From NCBI RefSeq assembly GCF_001194135.2, contig NC_068984.1, positions 92,574,651 through 92,606,924 of the forward strand: 32,274 bases of DNA, given 5' to 3'. The notes under the pieces are model-generated. The model was not told where the DNA came from, searched no databases, and worked only from the letters and a program-made list of their open reading frames with translations. This DNA is from Octopus bimaculoides. Its lineage: Eukaryota. Positions 22,993-32,274 of this stretch are shown here, in pieces; position 1 is the stretch's first letter; every line of letters begins with the position of its first letter. Made by a program: the position numbers and the translations under genes.

Positions 22993-25072
22993 AGTGCTTG
23001 GTAATTTTGTCACCAGTAAATTTGTCACTGGAAAACTCATCCCCAGAAATTTCGCCCTTGGTAATTTAACTTCTCGTAATTTCACCCCCTAGTAATTTCC
23101 CCACTACTGTCCATTCAAGCTCATTTCATCTGAGTTTTTATTGGATATCTCAAGCAATGAACTGATCATCACAGAATTTCATATTGTTCAGAGCTAATGG
23201 AACAGTTTCAACAAAATTCAAAATCTATTTTGATATTACCTGTTTGGTAACAATATTATGCAGAACAATATGTAATTTCCTGATGATCATTAGAACAATA
23301 ACATATTCAATGGAAGTCATTCGAAGTGCATGTGGCAGAGAGAAGGTCTGTGTGGGCAGGCAAATGTATATGAAGAAAAAGACAGGACAGCCCTGAATGT
23401 ATTGGGCCTGTGTCCAATGGGACTATGGATGTGACAACATCATAAGAGCAATGTTGCCCAGTGAGGAAGTCTGCAAGCGGTCAACACATAATCAACAGCC
23501 CATGACACCCAATCTTTGATGACTTTGTGAACTTGGGTAATTGCCCGACAAATATAAAACAACAGCATGTGGAGAACATTTCATGCTATATGATAATGGC
23601 CCAAAGTGCAATGACAGAATCCTTGCTTTGCAACAGAACAGGGAATACGAGAACTGGCAAGAGCCTACTGTTGGTTCATGGACAAGAATTTCACAATGGT
23701 GCCTGGTATTTTCTCTCAAGTCTATGTAATATGTGTCCCACTCAGAAACAATTATGTAACTTTGGTTTTTGCTCTACTGCCAAATAAACGTTGCCAAATA
23801 AACTTGTATAACACTGACGAAGAATTCCAACATTTTGTTGGAATGCTCGATGGCCTGGCCTTCTTACCACTGCCACAGGTTCAAGCAGGATGCAAGTTCT
23901 GAGGAAGACCATGCCTAATGAAGCGCAGGACTTCCTGGACTATTTTGGTCCAACCTATGTCTCTGGCTCATATCACTGATGCAATGTAGATGAATTGGTT
24001 TTGAATCTATGCCACATTTCACCCATGTTTCCACCGAAGTTGTGGAATCAACATGGCACCGCAGTAAATGGAAATCTGCACATGAACAACATTTGTGAAA
24101 ATGCAACAATAAATTTCACAAACTGGTTGTGCATTACCACCCAGTCACGTGGACCTGTGTCCAGTGGTTCTGATGTGAGGAGGCCAGTTGTTTGACCACA
24201 ATCACTCAATATGAAGTCAGTGAAATGGGACCAAAATGAGTAAAATGAGAACAGGTTCAACTGCTGTGTCACTTGCAGGCCCTTTTTCAAGAACTGGACC
24301 TTGGCTGATGTACTATTGTTGAATTTCTATGAGGAGTTGCATGGAATATCTGCCTGAACCCCCGAAACTGAACTGAGAATTGCCCATCAATATTCAATAA
24401 TGACATCACATATTTTTTCCTTTATATTTATAAATAAATTTGGTATGTTTAAGAATGCTTTACTGTTGTGGAACCATTTTTCCTATGTCTGACTGCTCAG
24501 CTGTTTTTGTGGAACCCTTTTTCCATGTCACACTGCTCAGCTGTTGTTCCCAAATCATTTTCGTATGTAAGACTGCTCAGCTATTATCATTTTTCTGGAA
24601 CCATTTTTCTTATGTCACACCACTCAGCTATTTTTGCCAAACCATTTTCCCTATGTTAGAATGCTAGTTATTACTACTTTTGTGAAACCATCTTCCAATG
24701 TCAGCAGCAAGAATTGTCAACAAAATAGGTATTTTTTCTCTGTACCCAAACATTTTTTCAATTGGTTAGTAATATATTCCTGTGTGAAAACTATGATGGT
24801 TTAATACTTATGAGATATATTTTGCAAATAAAAGTGTGCCAATCATATTGCACTACTTGTCTTGACTACTTTGATGTGATGACTACTCTGTGTGTTGTAT
24901 GTCCCAAGTATAGAATATACTTATTATGATGAAATTATGAGAACAAAATCACCAGAAGTTACCAGTGGTGAAATTTCCAGTGGGGTTTACTGGGGTGAAG
25001 TTGCCAGTGGTGAATTTACCTGGGGTGAAATTGCCAGTGGTGAATTTACCTGGGGTGAAATTAGCTATATTC
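22993..25072 (+). mobile_element. Mutator-like (MULE) transposon, defective, with tandem-repeat subtermini
   Basis: FLYWCH-like MEVIRS...MYMKKK..MYWACVQWDYGC from 23310, then MDKNFTMVPGIFSQVYVI..VFALLPNK, MLDGLAFLP, DYFGPTYVSG, MFPPKLWN and NNICE. Ends are built of (gg)tgaaatt-ccagt repeats in inverted orientation. Putative TSD accttag(t/c)c at 22984-92 / 25073-81. Confidence 0.82.
24462..24705 (+). repeat. About six degenerate ~41-bp tandem units inside the MULE
   Basis: Unit resembles gaaccattttccctatgtcagactgctcagctatttttgtg. Confidence 0.85.
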
Positions 25073-25168
25073 ACCTTAGCCACACATCTTCTATGATAGT
25101 TCTGGGATACCCAAAGCCTTGTGAGTGGATTTGGTAGACAGAAACTAAAAGAAGCTTGTCATATACAT

Positions 25169-25170
<2 letters not shown>
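25073..25170 (+). mobile_element. SINE 5'-half remainder (apparent target of the MULE)
   Basis: ccaaagccttgtgagtggatttggtagacagaaactaaaagaagc. The stub ggtggtaccttag at 22978-90 matches the preceding SINE segment. Confidence 0.7.
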
Positions 25171-25212
<42 letters not shown>

Positions 25213-25304
25213 ATGCGTGTATGTGTGTGCGAACATGTGTATGTGTGCATGTGAGTGCATCTGTCTGTCTATCTGTCACTATGCTTTGATATTGCATGAT
25301 AGTT

Positions 25305-25698
25305 GTAAGCAAGTGTTCTTCTTCAACACAATACTTTCCTCCATGCTGCAAATTTGACCAAATATCCTACTGAAGAGTGCAGTTGAGAAGTTCTATAACA
25401 TTTCCTGTATTCTCCTGATATAACACTTTCAAATTATGACCTTTGACGTCTGATTTCTAACAGTCTGCAAGACATTTCATTCAACAATAACATGGAGCTG
25501 AAAATATGACTCAATGAATTCTTTGTGTCAGACCCAGTGATTTCTACCATCAAGGCATTTACAAGTTAGTGAGATACTGGTAAAAGCTCATAAATAACGA
25601 AGGAGAATATATTATTGACTGATTTGCTAAAACTGTTGATAAAAACTAAGGATTACAATAGAAAAACAAAGACCAAATGAATTTAATTGCCAACCCAA
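25305..25698 (+). mobile_element. 3' fragment of a second mariner family with right TIR
   Basis: SVLLQHNTFLHAANLTK...EVL*HFLYSPDITLSNYDL...FYHQGIYKLVRYW*KLINNEGEYIID*. The TIR reverse complement reads ttgggttggcaattaaa and is followed by TA. Confidence 0.8.
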
Positions 25699-25796
25699 TA
25701 TACAAATATACATATAGACATATATATGTGTATGTATGTTGTATGTGTGTGCATGTGTGTGTGTGTGTGTGTATGTGAGGACACACACACACAGTC

Positions 25797-26165
25797 ACAG
25801 ACATGGTTGTGTGGTTAGAAATTTCCTTCCCAACCACATGGTCATTCAGTTTCTGTCCTATAGCATTGTGTGTGTGTTTGTGTGTGTGTGTGTTTGTGTG
25901 TTCATATTATTGTCTTCTTGCCTTCACATCACATGACAGATTATAAATGAATGTCACCATCATGCAGATAGTGTTCTTCACTTCCAATCTCCATTAAAAC
26001 ATGTCTGGTCATGGAAAACTATTACCCAACTTGGAAACAGTTGCATGTTGGCAATAGGAGGGGCATCCTACGATAGAAAATCTACTTCGACAAATTCCAT
26101 TTAATCTCTGTGAACATGGCAAAATGGATGTTTATACAATGATGGTGATGATGATAATGATGATG
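25797..26165 (+). mobile_element. SINE with tRNA-like head and RTE-like 3' tail
   Basis: Head catggttgtgtggttagaaatttccttcccaaccacatgg. Tail ggagggcatcctacgatagaaa...catggcaaaatggatgtttatacaatgatggtgatgatg resembles the RTE family A 3' end. Confidence 0.6.
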
Positions 26166-26236
26166 TACTTGTGAATATATACACACACATTATATATATA
26201 TATATATACACATGCATGCATGCATACATACATGCA

Positions 26237-26272
<36 letters not shown>

Positions 26273-27702
26273 CTGGGTCATCCCATAAATAATGCGATTT
26301 GTTCAATTGCATGAACTAAAAGTCGGAGAAGGAAGGAATAAACTACCTGCATCAACTTGCTATAAAAGCAGGTAGTAATTTTACCTTGTCCTTATTCTTA
26401 ATGCAAGTTTTGAAGAGTGTAGTTCAAATTTGACAGTTATTTTTCAAAGTTGTAATGGAAGTGACAAAGGAGCATATTAGGCATATTTTGCTTTATGAGT
26501 TCAATAAAGGCAACAATGCAATGGAAAGTGAAAGGAATATTAATGCAGTATATGGGGATCGGACAATAAGCGTAAGCCAATGCCAATTGTGGTTCCAGAA
26601 ATTCTGAGCCACAAACTACAGCCTAGAAGACGAGCCTTATCCTGGAAGATCTGTAGAGCTTGACGAGGACATCCTGCAAACCCTGGTGGAACAAAATCCC
26701 ATCGTAACTATTGAGGAAATAGAAGAGAAGTTTGGATTTGGTCATTCGACCATTCATCGACACCTGTGTANNNNNNNNNNNNNNNNNNNNNNNNNNNNNN
26801 NNNNNNNNNNNNNNNNNNNNNNNNNNNNNNNNNNNNNNNNNNNNNNNNNNNNNNNNNNNNNNNNNNNNNNNNNNNNNNNNNNNNNNNNNNNNNNNNNNNN
26901 NNNNNNNNNNNNNNNNNNNNNNNNNNNNNNNNNNNNNNNNNNNNNNNNNNNNNNNNNNNNNNNNNNNNNNNNNNNNNNNNNNNNNNNNNNNNNNNNNNNN
27001 NNNNNNNNNNNNNNNNNNNNNNNNNNNNNNNNNNNNNNNNNNNNNNNNNNNNNNNNNNNNNNNNNNNNNNNNNNNNNNNNNNNNNNNNNNNNNNNNNNNN
27101 NNNNNNNNNNNNNNNNNNNNNNNNNNNNNNNNNNNNNNNNNNNNNNNNNNNNNNNNNNNNNNNNNNNNNNNNNNNNNNNNNNNNNNNNCTGTTTGGTGGG
27201 ATATGAAAGGTTTAGTCCACTTTGAACCCAAACCAAACACCAAAGGAGATCTACAATGAGCAGCTTGAGTGGCTTAAGTCAACACTAAAAGAGAAACAAC
27301 CATCTTTGGTTTCAAGACAAAAGGTGTTCTATCATGATAATGATCTGCCACATACAGCGAGGATGACATTCCAAAGGCTGGAGTAGTTTGAATGGGAAAT
27401 GATGCTCCACCCACCATATTTGCTGGACATTGCCCCATCTGATTATCATTTATGCTGCAGTCTTCAAAATGATTTGGACAGAAAAAATATGAATTCTGTA
27501 GACGAGGTCAGAACAGTACTGGAGGAGTATTTTTCATCATGGAGAAGTGAATTTTGGAAGAGGGGCCTTGCAAGTCTGGATGGAAAGAGCATTGTAGAAA
27601 ATGAAGGAGAGTATATTTCAGATTAAAAAAGAACTTTGTTTATCTTAATTTTGAAAAACAAAAGAAGTATAAAATAACTGCATTATTTATTGGATGACCC
27701 AA
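26273..27702 (+). mobile_element. Mariner copy 2 (same family as 309-1574), TA-flanked, with an internal N-gap
   Basis: TA|ctgggtcatcccataaataatgc ... gcattatttattggatgacccaa|TA. Transposase remnant 26455-27626 (MEVTKEHIRHILLYEF...; HPPYLLDIAPSDYHL). Confidence 0.93.
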
Positions 27703-27727
27703 TATATATATATATATATATATATAT

Positions 27728-28069
27728 AACAAGCAAATTAGCTAGTTAGAAAATCTCTTTAAGAGATGAAAGCAGTAACTATGCTGAGTAGTAATGTTTA
27801 TCGCCATTTCAACATGGTTGTTTCATAGGAACCAACGTTACTACTATTTTAACCCCAGGAGGACACCTCCTCCTGCTGGATATTCAATGCAATCTGCACC
27901 CGATATAAATTGCAAGCATGGGAGCAAATCCCTACCACCTTCCAGTGACAGGACCACCAGATCGTATGGTTTCAAGCTATTTGTGCTCATCCTCAGTGGT
28001 GGATACTTTTCAGTATAGTTACTGCTTTCATCTCTTATAGAGATTTTCAAACTAGCTAATTTGCTTGTT
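27728..28069. repeat. Short inverted-repeat element: ~65-bp arms (27728-27792 / 28004-28069) around ~210 bp
   Basis: aacaagcaaattagctagttagaaaatctctttaagagatgaaagcagtaactat versus atagttactgctttcatctcttatagagattttcaaactagctaatttgcttgtt. Confidence 0.92.
27954..28002 (-). ncRNA. Minimal type-I hammerhead motif, slightly decayed helix III
   Basis: Minus strand CCACCA-CUGAGGA-U-GAGC(acaaaua)GCUU-GAAA-CCAUACGA-UC-UGGUGG. Helix I is a perfect 6 bp. Two A->G reversions give the palindrome ACCGUACGGU and a GUC cleavage triplet. Confidence 0.75.
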
Positions 28070-28139
28070 GCACGATCAGTGAATGGTTGTCACTTATTTT
28101 CTATATATTGGGAGCTGGAGTGGACTACTACCATCACTA

Positions 28140-28246
28140 GTGGACGACTATCAATTTCTAGTAAAAGATACTTGTCAAAGTGCCAAATAGTCAGACTGAA
28201 CCTGAACCATGTGGTGGTAATATAAACTTCTAAACAACACAGGCAC
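28140..28246 (-). mobile_element. Degenerate SINE 5' fragment
   Basis: Minus strand gcctgtgttgtttagaagttt..accacatggttcaggttcagtctg..ggcactttgacaagtatctttt. Confidence 0.6.
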
Positions 28247-28253
28247 ATGTGTA

Positions 28254-28290
<37 letters not shown>

Positions 28291-28452
28291 ATGCGTGTGT
28301 GTGTGTGTGCATATACTGTTTATTTTTTGTTGTGTAATATGTCACCACATATGGAGAGAACACAGTCTAGATGCAGAATGCAATATTTAGTTATTTATAG
28401 GTATAACATTATTCATATGCAGATAATGACTAGTTCCATGTGAGAAACAAAC

Positions 28453-28524
28453 CATAACAGTTTGAAGAACAAAAGATTTATCCAATATAGCTGCTCTTTG
28501 AAGTCTCATATAAATTGAGAAAGT
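28453..28524 (-). CDS. Possible 72-bp downstream host exon (may instead run on to a TAA near 28387 as a terminal exon)
   Basis: Strong acceptor tttcctttcttgcag| at 28525, then TFSIYMRLQRAAILDKSFVLQTVM in phase 0, compatible with the 29941 donor. The donor ATG|gtttgt is weak. Confidence 0.3.
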
Positions 28525-28688
28525 CTGCAAGAAAGGAAACTAAACTCATTTCAATCCAGAGAAGAGAAGAACTGTATGGATCAAGGACTGTAACTCTGTA
28601 AGATGCTTAGCTATTCAAGGGCAAGATATCAAAGCATATTTTCAAGTGGTAGCCAACTCTCTGAAATTTTTGTACTCATTGATTATTT

Positions 28689-29761
28689 AGAGTTCTGATC
28701 AAAGCACATACTAAAACCCCTCATAACTTTTTAATTTTTACAAATTTTCACAAATTTTTTTTGATTCTGTCTTCTGCATAATGGAATTAATACGATTATC
28801 CTATAAATTTTTTTTTTTTAATATTCTTCCTTCACTAATTCCAAAACTTATATAGATATAGGATAACATGGTAAAAAGGGGTTACCTGCAACTTGTTCCT
28901 GACCAAAAAGCAGAGACACTGGAAGTAGTCATTATTGAAAATGTTGAAGCAGGTTCCACTATTTTCATAGATATGTGGCCCAGCTATAAAAATCTGTCCA
29001 GACTGGAATATAACCATGGAACAGTGAATCACTCATCTTATTTTGTAGATCCCATGTCTGGTGTATGTACAAACGATGTAGAATCATACTGGGCATGAAT
29101 TAAATGAAGACTGAAATATATATGTGTTTTTAATGGAGATATGCACTGGTTGCATGTCAATGAGGCCATCTACAGGGATTATTATGGCATGAAATGTGGC
29201 AATGCCTGGGAGGATTACAATACATTTATAAAGCACATAGTGGGAATTTATCTGCAATAATTTAAAGGTATGTTAGAGACAATTTATTTTCTTAACATAA
29301 TTCTCTGTTAGTAAATGTTTTTCTCCCAACAATTTAAAGGTATGTTAGAGATAATTTATCTTAATAGCATAATTTTCTGTTACTAAATGATTTTCTCTTA
29401 CACAAATATGCAAGAATTGATAGTAGGTTGAGCACATGTGCGATTATTTAAAACTTCTTCAATCTTGATTTTGAAGTATTTAAAAAATTATTTGGAAATT
29501 ATAAAGAGAAACGAATGGCAGAATCAGACTGTCTGCATTTTAAAACCAAGAATTAAAAATTAAAAATTAAAAAACTGGAAAGTTTTGGAATTGGGGATTA
29601 GTTGTGGGGTGAGTGGATATTTAAAAAATATATTTTTGATTATTGGATAATTGTATTAATTCCATTATGCAGAAGACAACATCGAAGAAATTTTATGAAA
29701 ATTTGTGAAAACAAAAAAAGTTATGAGGTGTTTTAGTATATGCTCCGATCAGAAGTCTGCC
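28689..29761 (+). mobile_element. Merlin (IS1016/ISXO2-related) DNA transposon, internally deleted
   Basis: TIRs of about 115 bp (agagttctgatcaaagcacatactaaaacccctcataac... versus ...gttatgaggtgttttagtatatgctccgatcagaagtctgcc). Flanks gattattt/aattattt are a possible 8-bp TSD. C-terminal transposase 28868-29260: STIFIDMWPSY, HGTVNHS, FVDPMSGVCTNDVESYWA, HVNEAIYR. Confidence 0.87.
29257..29398 (+). repeat. About 70-bp tandem duplication inside the Merlin element
   Basis: aatttaaaggtatgttagaga(c/t)aattta...ataatt.tctgtta.taaatg.ttttctc occurs twice. Confidence 0.85.
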
Positions 29762-29940
29762 AATTATTTTTTGATTTCATCTTGACATTCAATAAGGGAA
29801 GAGTTGAAAGAAGAGAGAGAGAGAGAGAGTGTGTGTGTGAATGGCTGAGAGTGAGAGAAGGAGAGAGCACATATATAAATAGTTTCGTGATACTTCCTTG
29901 AACAAGAAAATGTAATTATTGAAAGAAAGATAAATTGCAC

Positions 29941-30225
29941 CTTTGTTAAAATAAAAATAGGAGAAATACTATCTTTGAAACTGTCAGCCAGGGTTTCTGC
30001 TGACTTCTGTAGTTGGTCCCAAACATCAGCAAAACAATCTTCTTCAGAGGTATGAAACAAATAGATCACGGTGCCTCCTGCAATAAACCGTCCTGGCTCT
30101 TCAGTCCAAACTTGTGCCAGTTCCTCAGTTGTTTCAAGAATTTCATCTAAATTCACAGTGGACTGGCTGAGCACTACACTAGTTAGTTGCTTTGGAAGCT
30201 GGTCAGCAGAGTCTAATGTGCAAAC
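29941..30225 (-). CDS. Internal coding exon of an unidentified host gene (285 bp, phase 0-0)
   Basis: Acceptor ttgtttattacag|G at 30225 and donor ACAAAG|gtgcaa at 29941. 95 stop-free, non-repetitive codons: VCTLDSADQLPKQLTSVVLSQSTVNLDEILETTEELAQVWTEEPGRFIAGGTVIYLFHTSEEDCFADVWDQLQKSAETLADSFKDSISPIFILTK. Confidence 0.75.
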
Positions 30226-30400
30226 CTGTAATAAACAACAGAAAAGGTTATTTTATAATGTTTAAAATATTTTCTTCACAAAATTATCTAGCCACTTCAA
30301 AAAAAGCTGATAGACTCAATAGAATTTCAAAAGTAACTTTAAAACTGGATACTTTGTAACATCAACAAACATTTGCGAATGATCTTAAGATGATTCTGAA

Positions 30401-30512
30401 TAAATTTATATATTTATATATATATATATTTATATATATATATATTTATATATATATTTATATATATATATATTTATATATATATTTATATATATATATA
30501 TTTATATATATA
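30401..30512. repeat. (TA)n/TATT compound microsatellite, representative of many (TA)n, (CA)n, (AG)n and (CATA)n tracts in the window
   Basis: Seen directly. Other examples lie at 13185-13280, 13490-13920, 19441-19550, 22421-22465, 25173-25210, 31195-31255 and 32235-32274. Confidence 0.95.
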
Positions 30513-30769
30513 GCTGCATAATGTCATACCAGTTTTCTAGATATTTTAATAAGAAATCACGGTATAAAAACAAAATCGAACACACACACAAGGTATGTGT
30601 GTTGTTAGTTCGTGGATCGTTTGCAATTTTTATGTGTAAGAGAATATATTCTCTATGTGCCTGGTATAAAAAATACCTGAAAGTAAGTCACAGTCAAGCA
30701 AGACAACTCACATCAGGTCCTTTCTAGGAACAACAGACATCAATGTTTTGACTTATCTTCATGAGCTTT

Positions 30770-31190
30770 CTTCTCAAGCATAGTATATTGCCAAAGGTCT
30801 CGGTCATGTCATTGTCTCCATGAGGCTTAATACTCAAAAGGTGCTTTTTATGTGCCACTGGCACAGGTGCCAGTTACATGACACCAGCATCACTCACATT
30901 GCCTCCATGAAACCCAACACTTGAATGGTGCTTTTTTATGTATCACTGGCATAGGTGTCAATAACATGAAACCAGCATCAGCCATGGCTACGATTTCACT
31001 TGGCTTGGCAGGTCATCTCAGGCATGGCATATCACTAAAGGTCTTGATCGCTAGTCATTGTCTCTGTGAGGTCCAACGTTTGAGGATCATACTTCACCAC
31101 CCTGTCTCATGTCTTCCTGGGCCTACCTCTTCCACAAGTTCCCGCCACAGTTAGAGATCAGCACTTCTTTACACAGCTGTTCTTATCCAT
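30770..31190 (-). mobile_element. RTE family A fragment (ORF end and 3'UTR repeats)
   Basis: gtgctttttatgtgccactggcac repeats and atacttcaccaccctgtctcatgtcttcctgggcctacctct, homologous to 15330-15830. Confidence 0.82.
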
Positions 31191-31191
31191 A

Positions 31192-31238
<47 letters not shown>

Positions 31239-31659
31239 ATAATAATAATAATAAATAATTTGGACAAATGAATATAAGTTGACTAGTGTGCTTAAGTGTT
31301 GAGTAGAACACTGGCACAGTTTAGGATAACGAAAAATAAAAAAAAATTTGATGATGTACCAGTCTCTGTAGTCTTTGGAATTGTTTGAAATCTACACTCC
31401 TGATAATTTTCATAATCCAGGGAAGTGAACCTAGAGTTACCTATCAGAAGAATTATAGTATGACTGCTAATACTAAGCAATTATTGATGCTTATTACTAC
31501 TTAATGAGTTTAGCCGTAAACTAGAATATACCTGAGAGCTACCATGGTACCTGCCTGGATAATTTCATCCCTATACATTCACATTATATATATATATGTA
31601 TGTATATATAAAAATTTGTGTGTGTGTGTATGTGCACATGCACACATGTGTGTGCGTTT

Positions 31660-31812
31660 GTGTTTGTCTACCACCACTGCTTGACAGCTGGTGATATTTT
31701 GCTTACAATTTCATAACTTAGTGGTTCAGAAAAAGAGGTCAACAGCTTGACTAAACCTTTCAATGCAGTGCTCCGGCAGGGCTACAGTTCAAATAGTGAA
31801 ACAAGTAAAAGA
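31660..31812 (+). mobile_element. SINE 3' half, degenerate
   Basis: ccaccactgcttgacagctggtg...cataacttagtggttcagaaaaagag...gcagtgctccggcagggctacag..gaaacaagtaaaaga. Confidence 0.7.
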
Positions 31813-32230
31813 TAATATATATATATATATATATATACGAAAAAAACAAACAGAGTTACTGTCTTGTTCTCACTGTCTTGTTCTTGTTAACATTTTCACC
31901 CTCCGTAAAAAATTCCAAATTTTATTTAATTTGCTTTGCGGGAAGGACTGTTCCAACGAAGTCAGGTATTTTCCTTGCCTTCAAAACACGGAGTAGATGG
32001 AACAGGGACAACTGACGAAGGGTTATACTCTTTATGTTGCATGTCTTGTTTCTCTGTTTTTTTCGTTGTTCGAAAAAAAGTTCGTTTTCAGTTTTCATCT
32101 TTATGTTTTCGTTTCTCATTGTGTTTAACATTTTTTGATGTCCTATACCCATATATGCATGTATATGTATACATATAGATGTAGGTATGTATATATATGT
32201 ATGGATATATGCATATGTTTATATATTATT

Positions 32231-32274
<44 letters not shown>

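Noticed and set aside
24462-24705. CRISPR-like appearance of the 41-bp array and of the RTE 3'UTR repeats
   Set aside because: The repeats are degenerate, there are no unique constant-length spacers and no cas genes, and the context is eukaryotic transposon sequence.
1507-27259. ORF-track entries containing long X runs (e.g. 1507-1938, 2793-3395, 5238-5915, 10295-10912, 19081-19674, 26623-27259)
   Set aside because: They are read-through of N-gaps and (TA)n tracts. Only the non-X parts at 5911-6273 (PLE) and 26686-26769 (mariner) are meaningful.
31345-31410. ttgatgatgtaccag...gaaatctac, hammerhead-like
   Set aside because: The core C is missing and helices I-III do not pair convincingly.
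32007-32090. CTGACGA-A-GGG...TTC-GAAA...TTC, hammerhead-like
   Set aside because: Helix II is only 3 bp with two G-U pairs in U-rich sequence, and there is no helix I. It is possibly a decayed pLTR but unsupported.

Overview
Repeat-dominated, AT-rich animal genomic DNA with no prokaryotic gene organisation and no CRISPR array. The repeat families resemble those I recall from octopus or other coleoid cephalopod genomes; this is recollection, not a search result. The assembly has about nine N-gaps, mostly beside (TA)n, (CA)n or (AG)n microsatellites. The window is probably intronic: one clean 285-bp phase-0 exon lies at 29941-30225 (-), with a possible second small exon at 28453-28524 (-). DNA transposon content: two copies of one mariner, a 3' fragment of a second mariner, an IR/DR-type Tc1, a MULE and a Merlin. 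Retroelement content: three RTE-type LINE families, tRNA-derived SINEs and three Penelope-like (PLE) coding remnants. The most notable signal is absent from the ORF track: several minimal type-I hammerhead ribozyme motifs (CUGANGA...GAAA with a palindromic helix III). One looks essentially intact (2751-2839) and others have decayed mainly by CpG-type transitions. Several sit within or next to long inverted repeats (3139-4430, 6313-6645, 10851-14560, 27728-28069). This suggests multiple families of PLE-derived, ribozyme-bearing inverted-repeat elements. All family calls come from motif recognition by eye.
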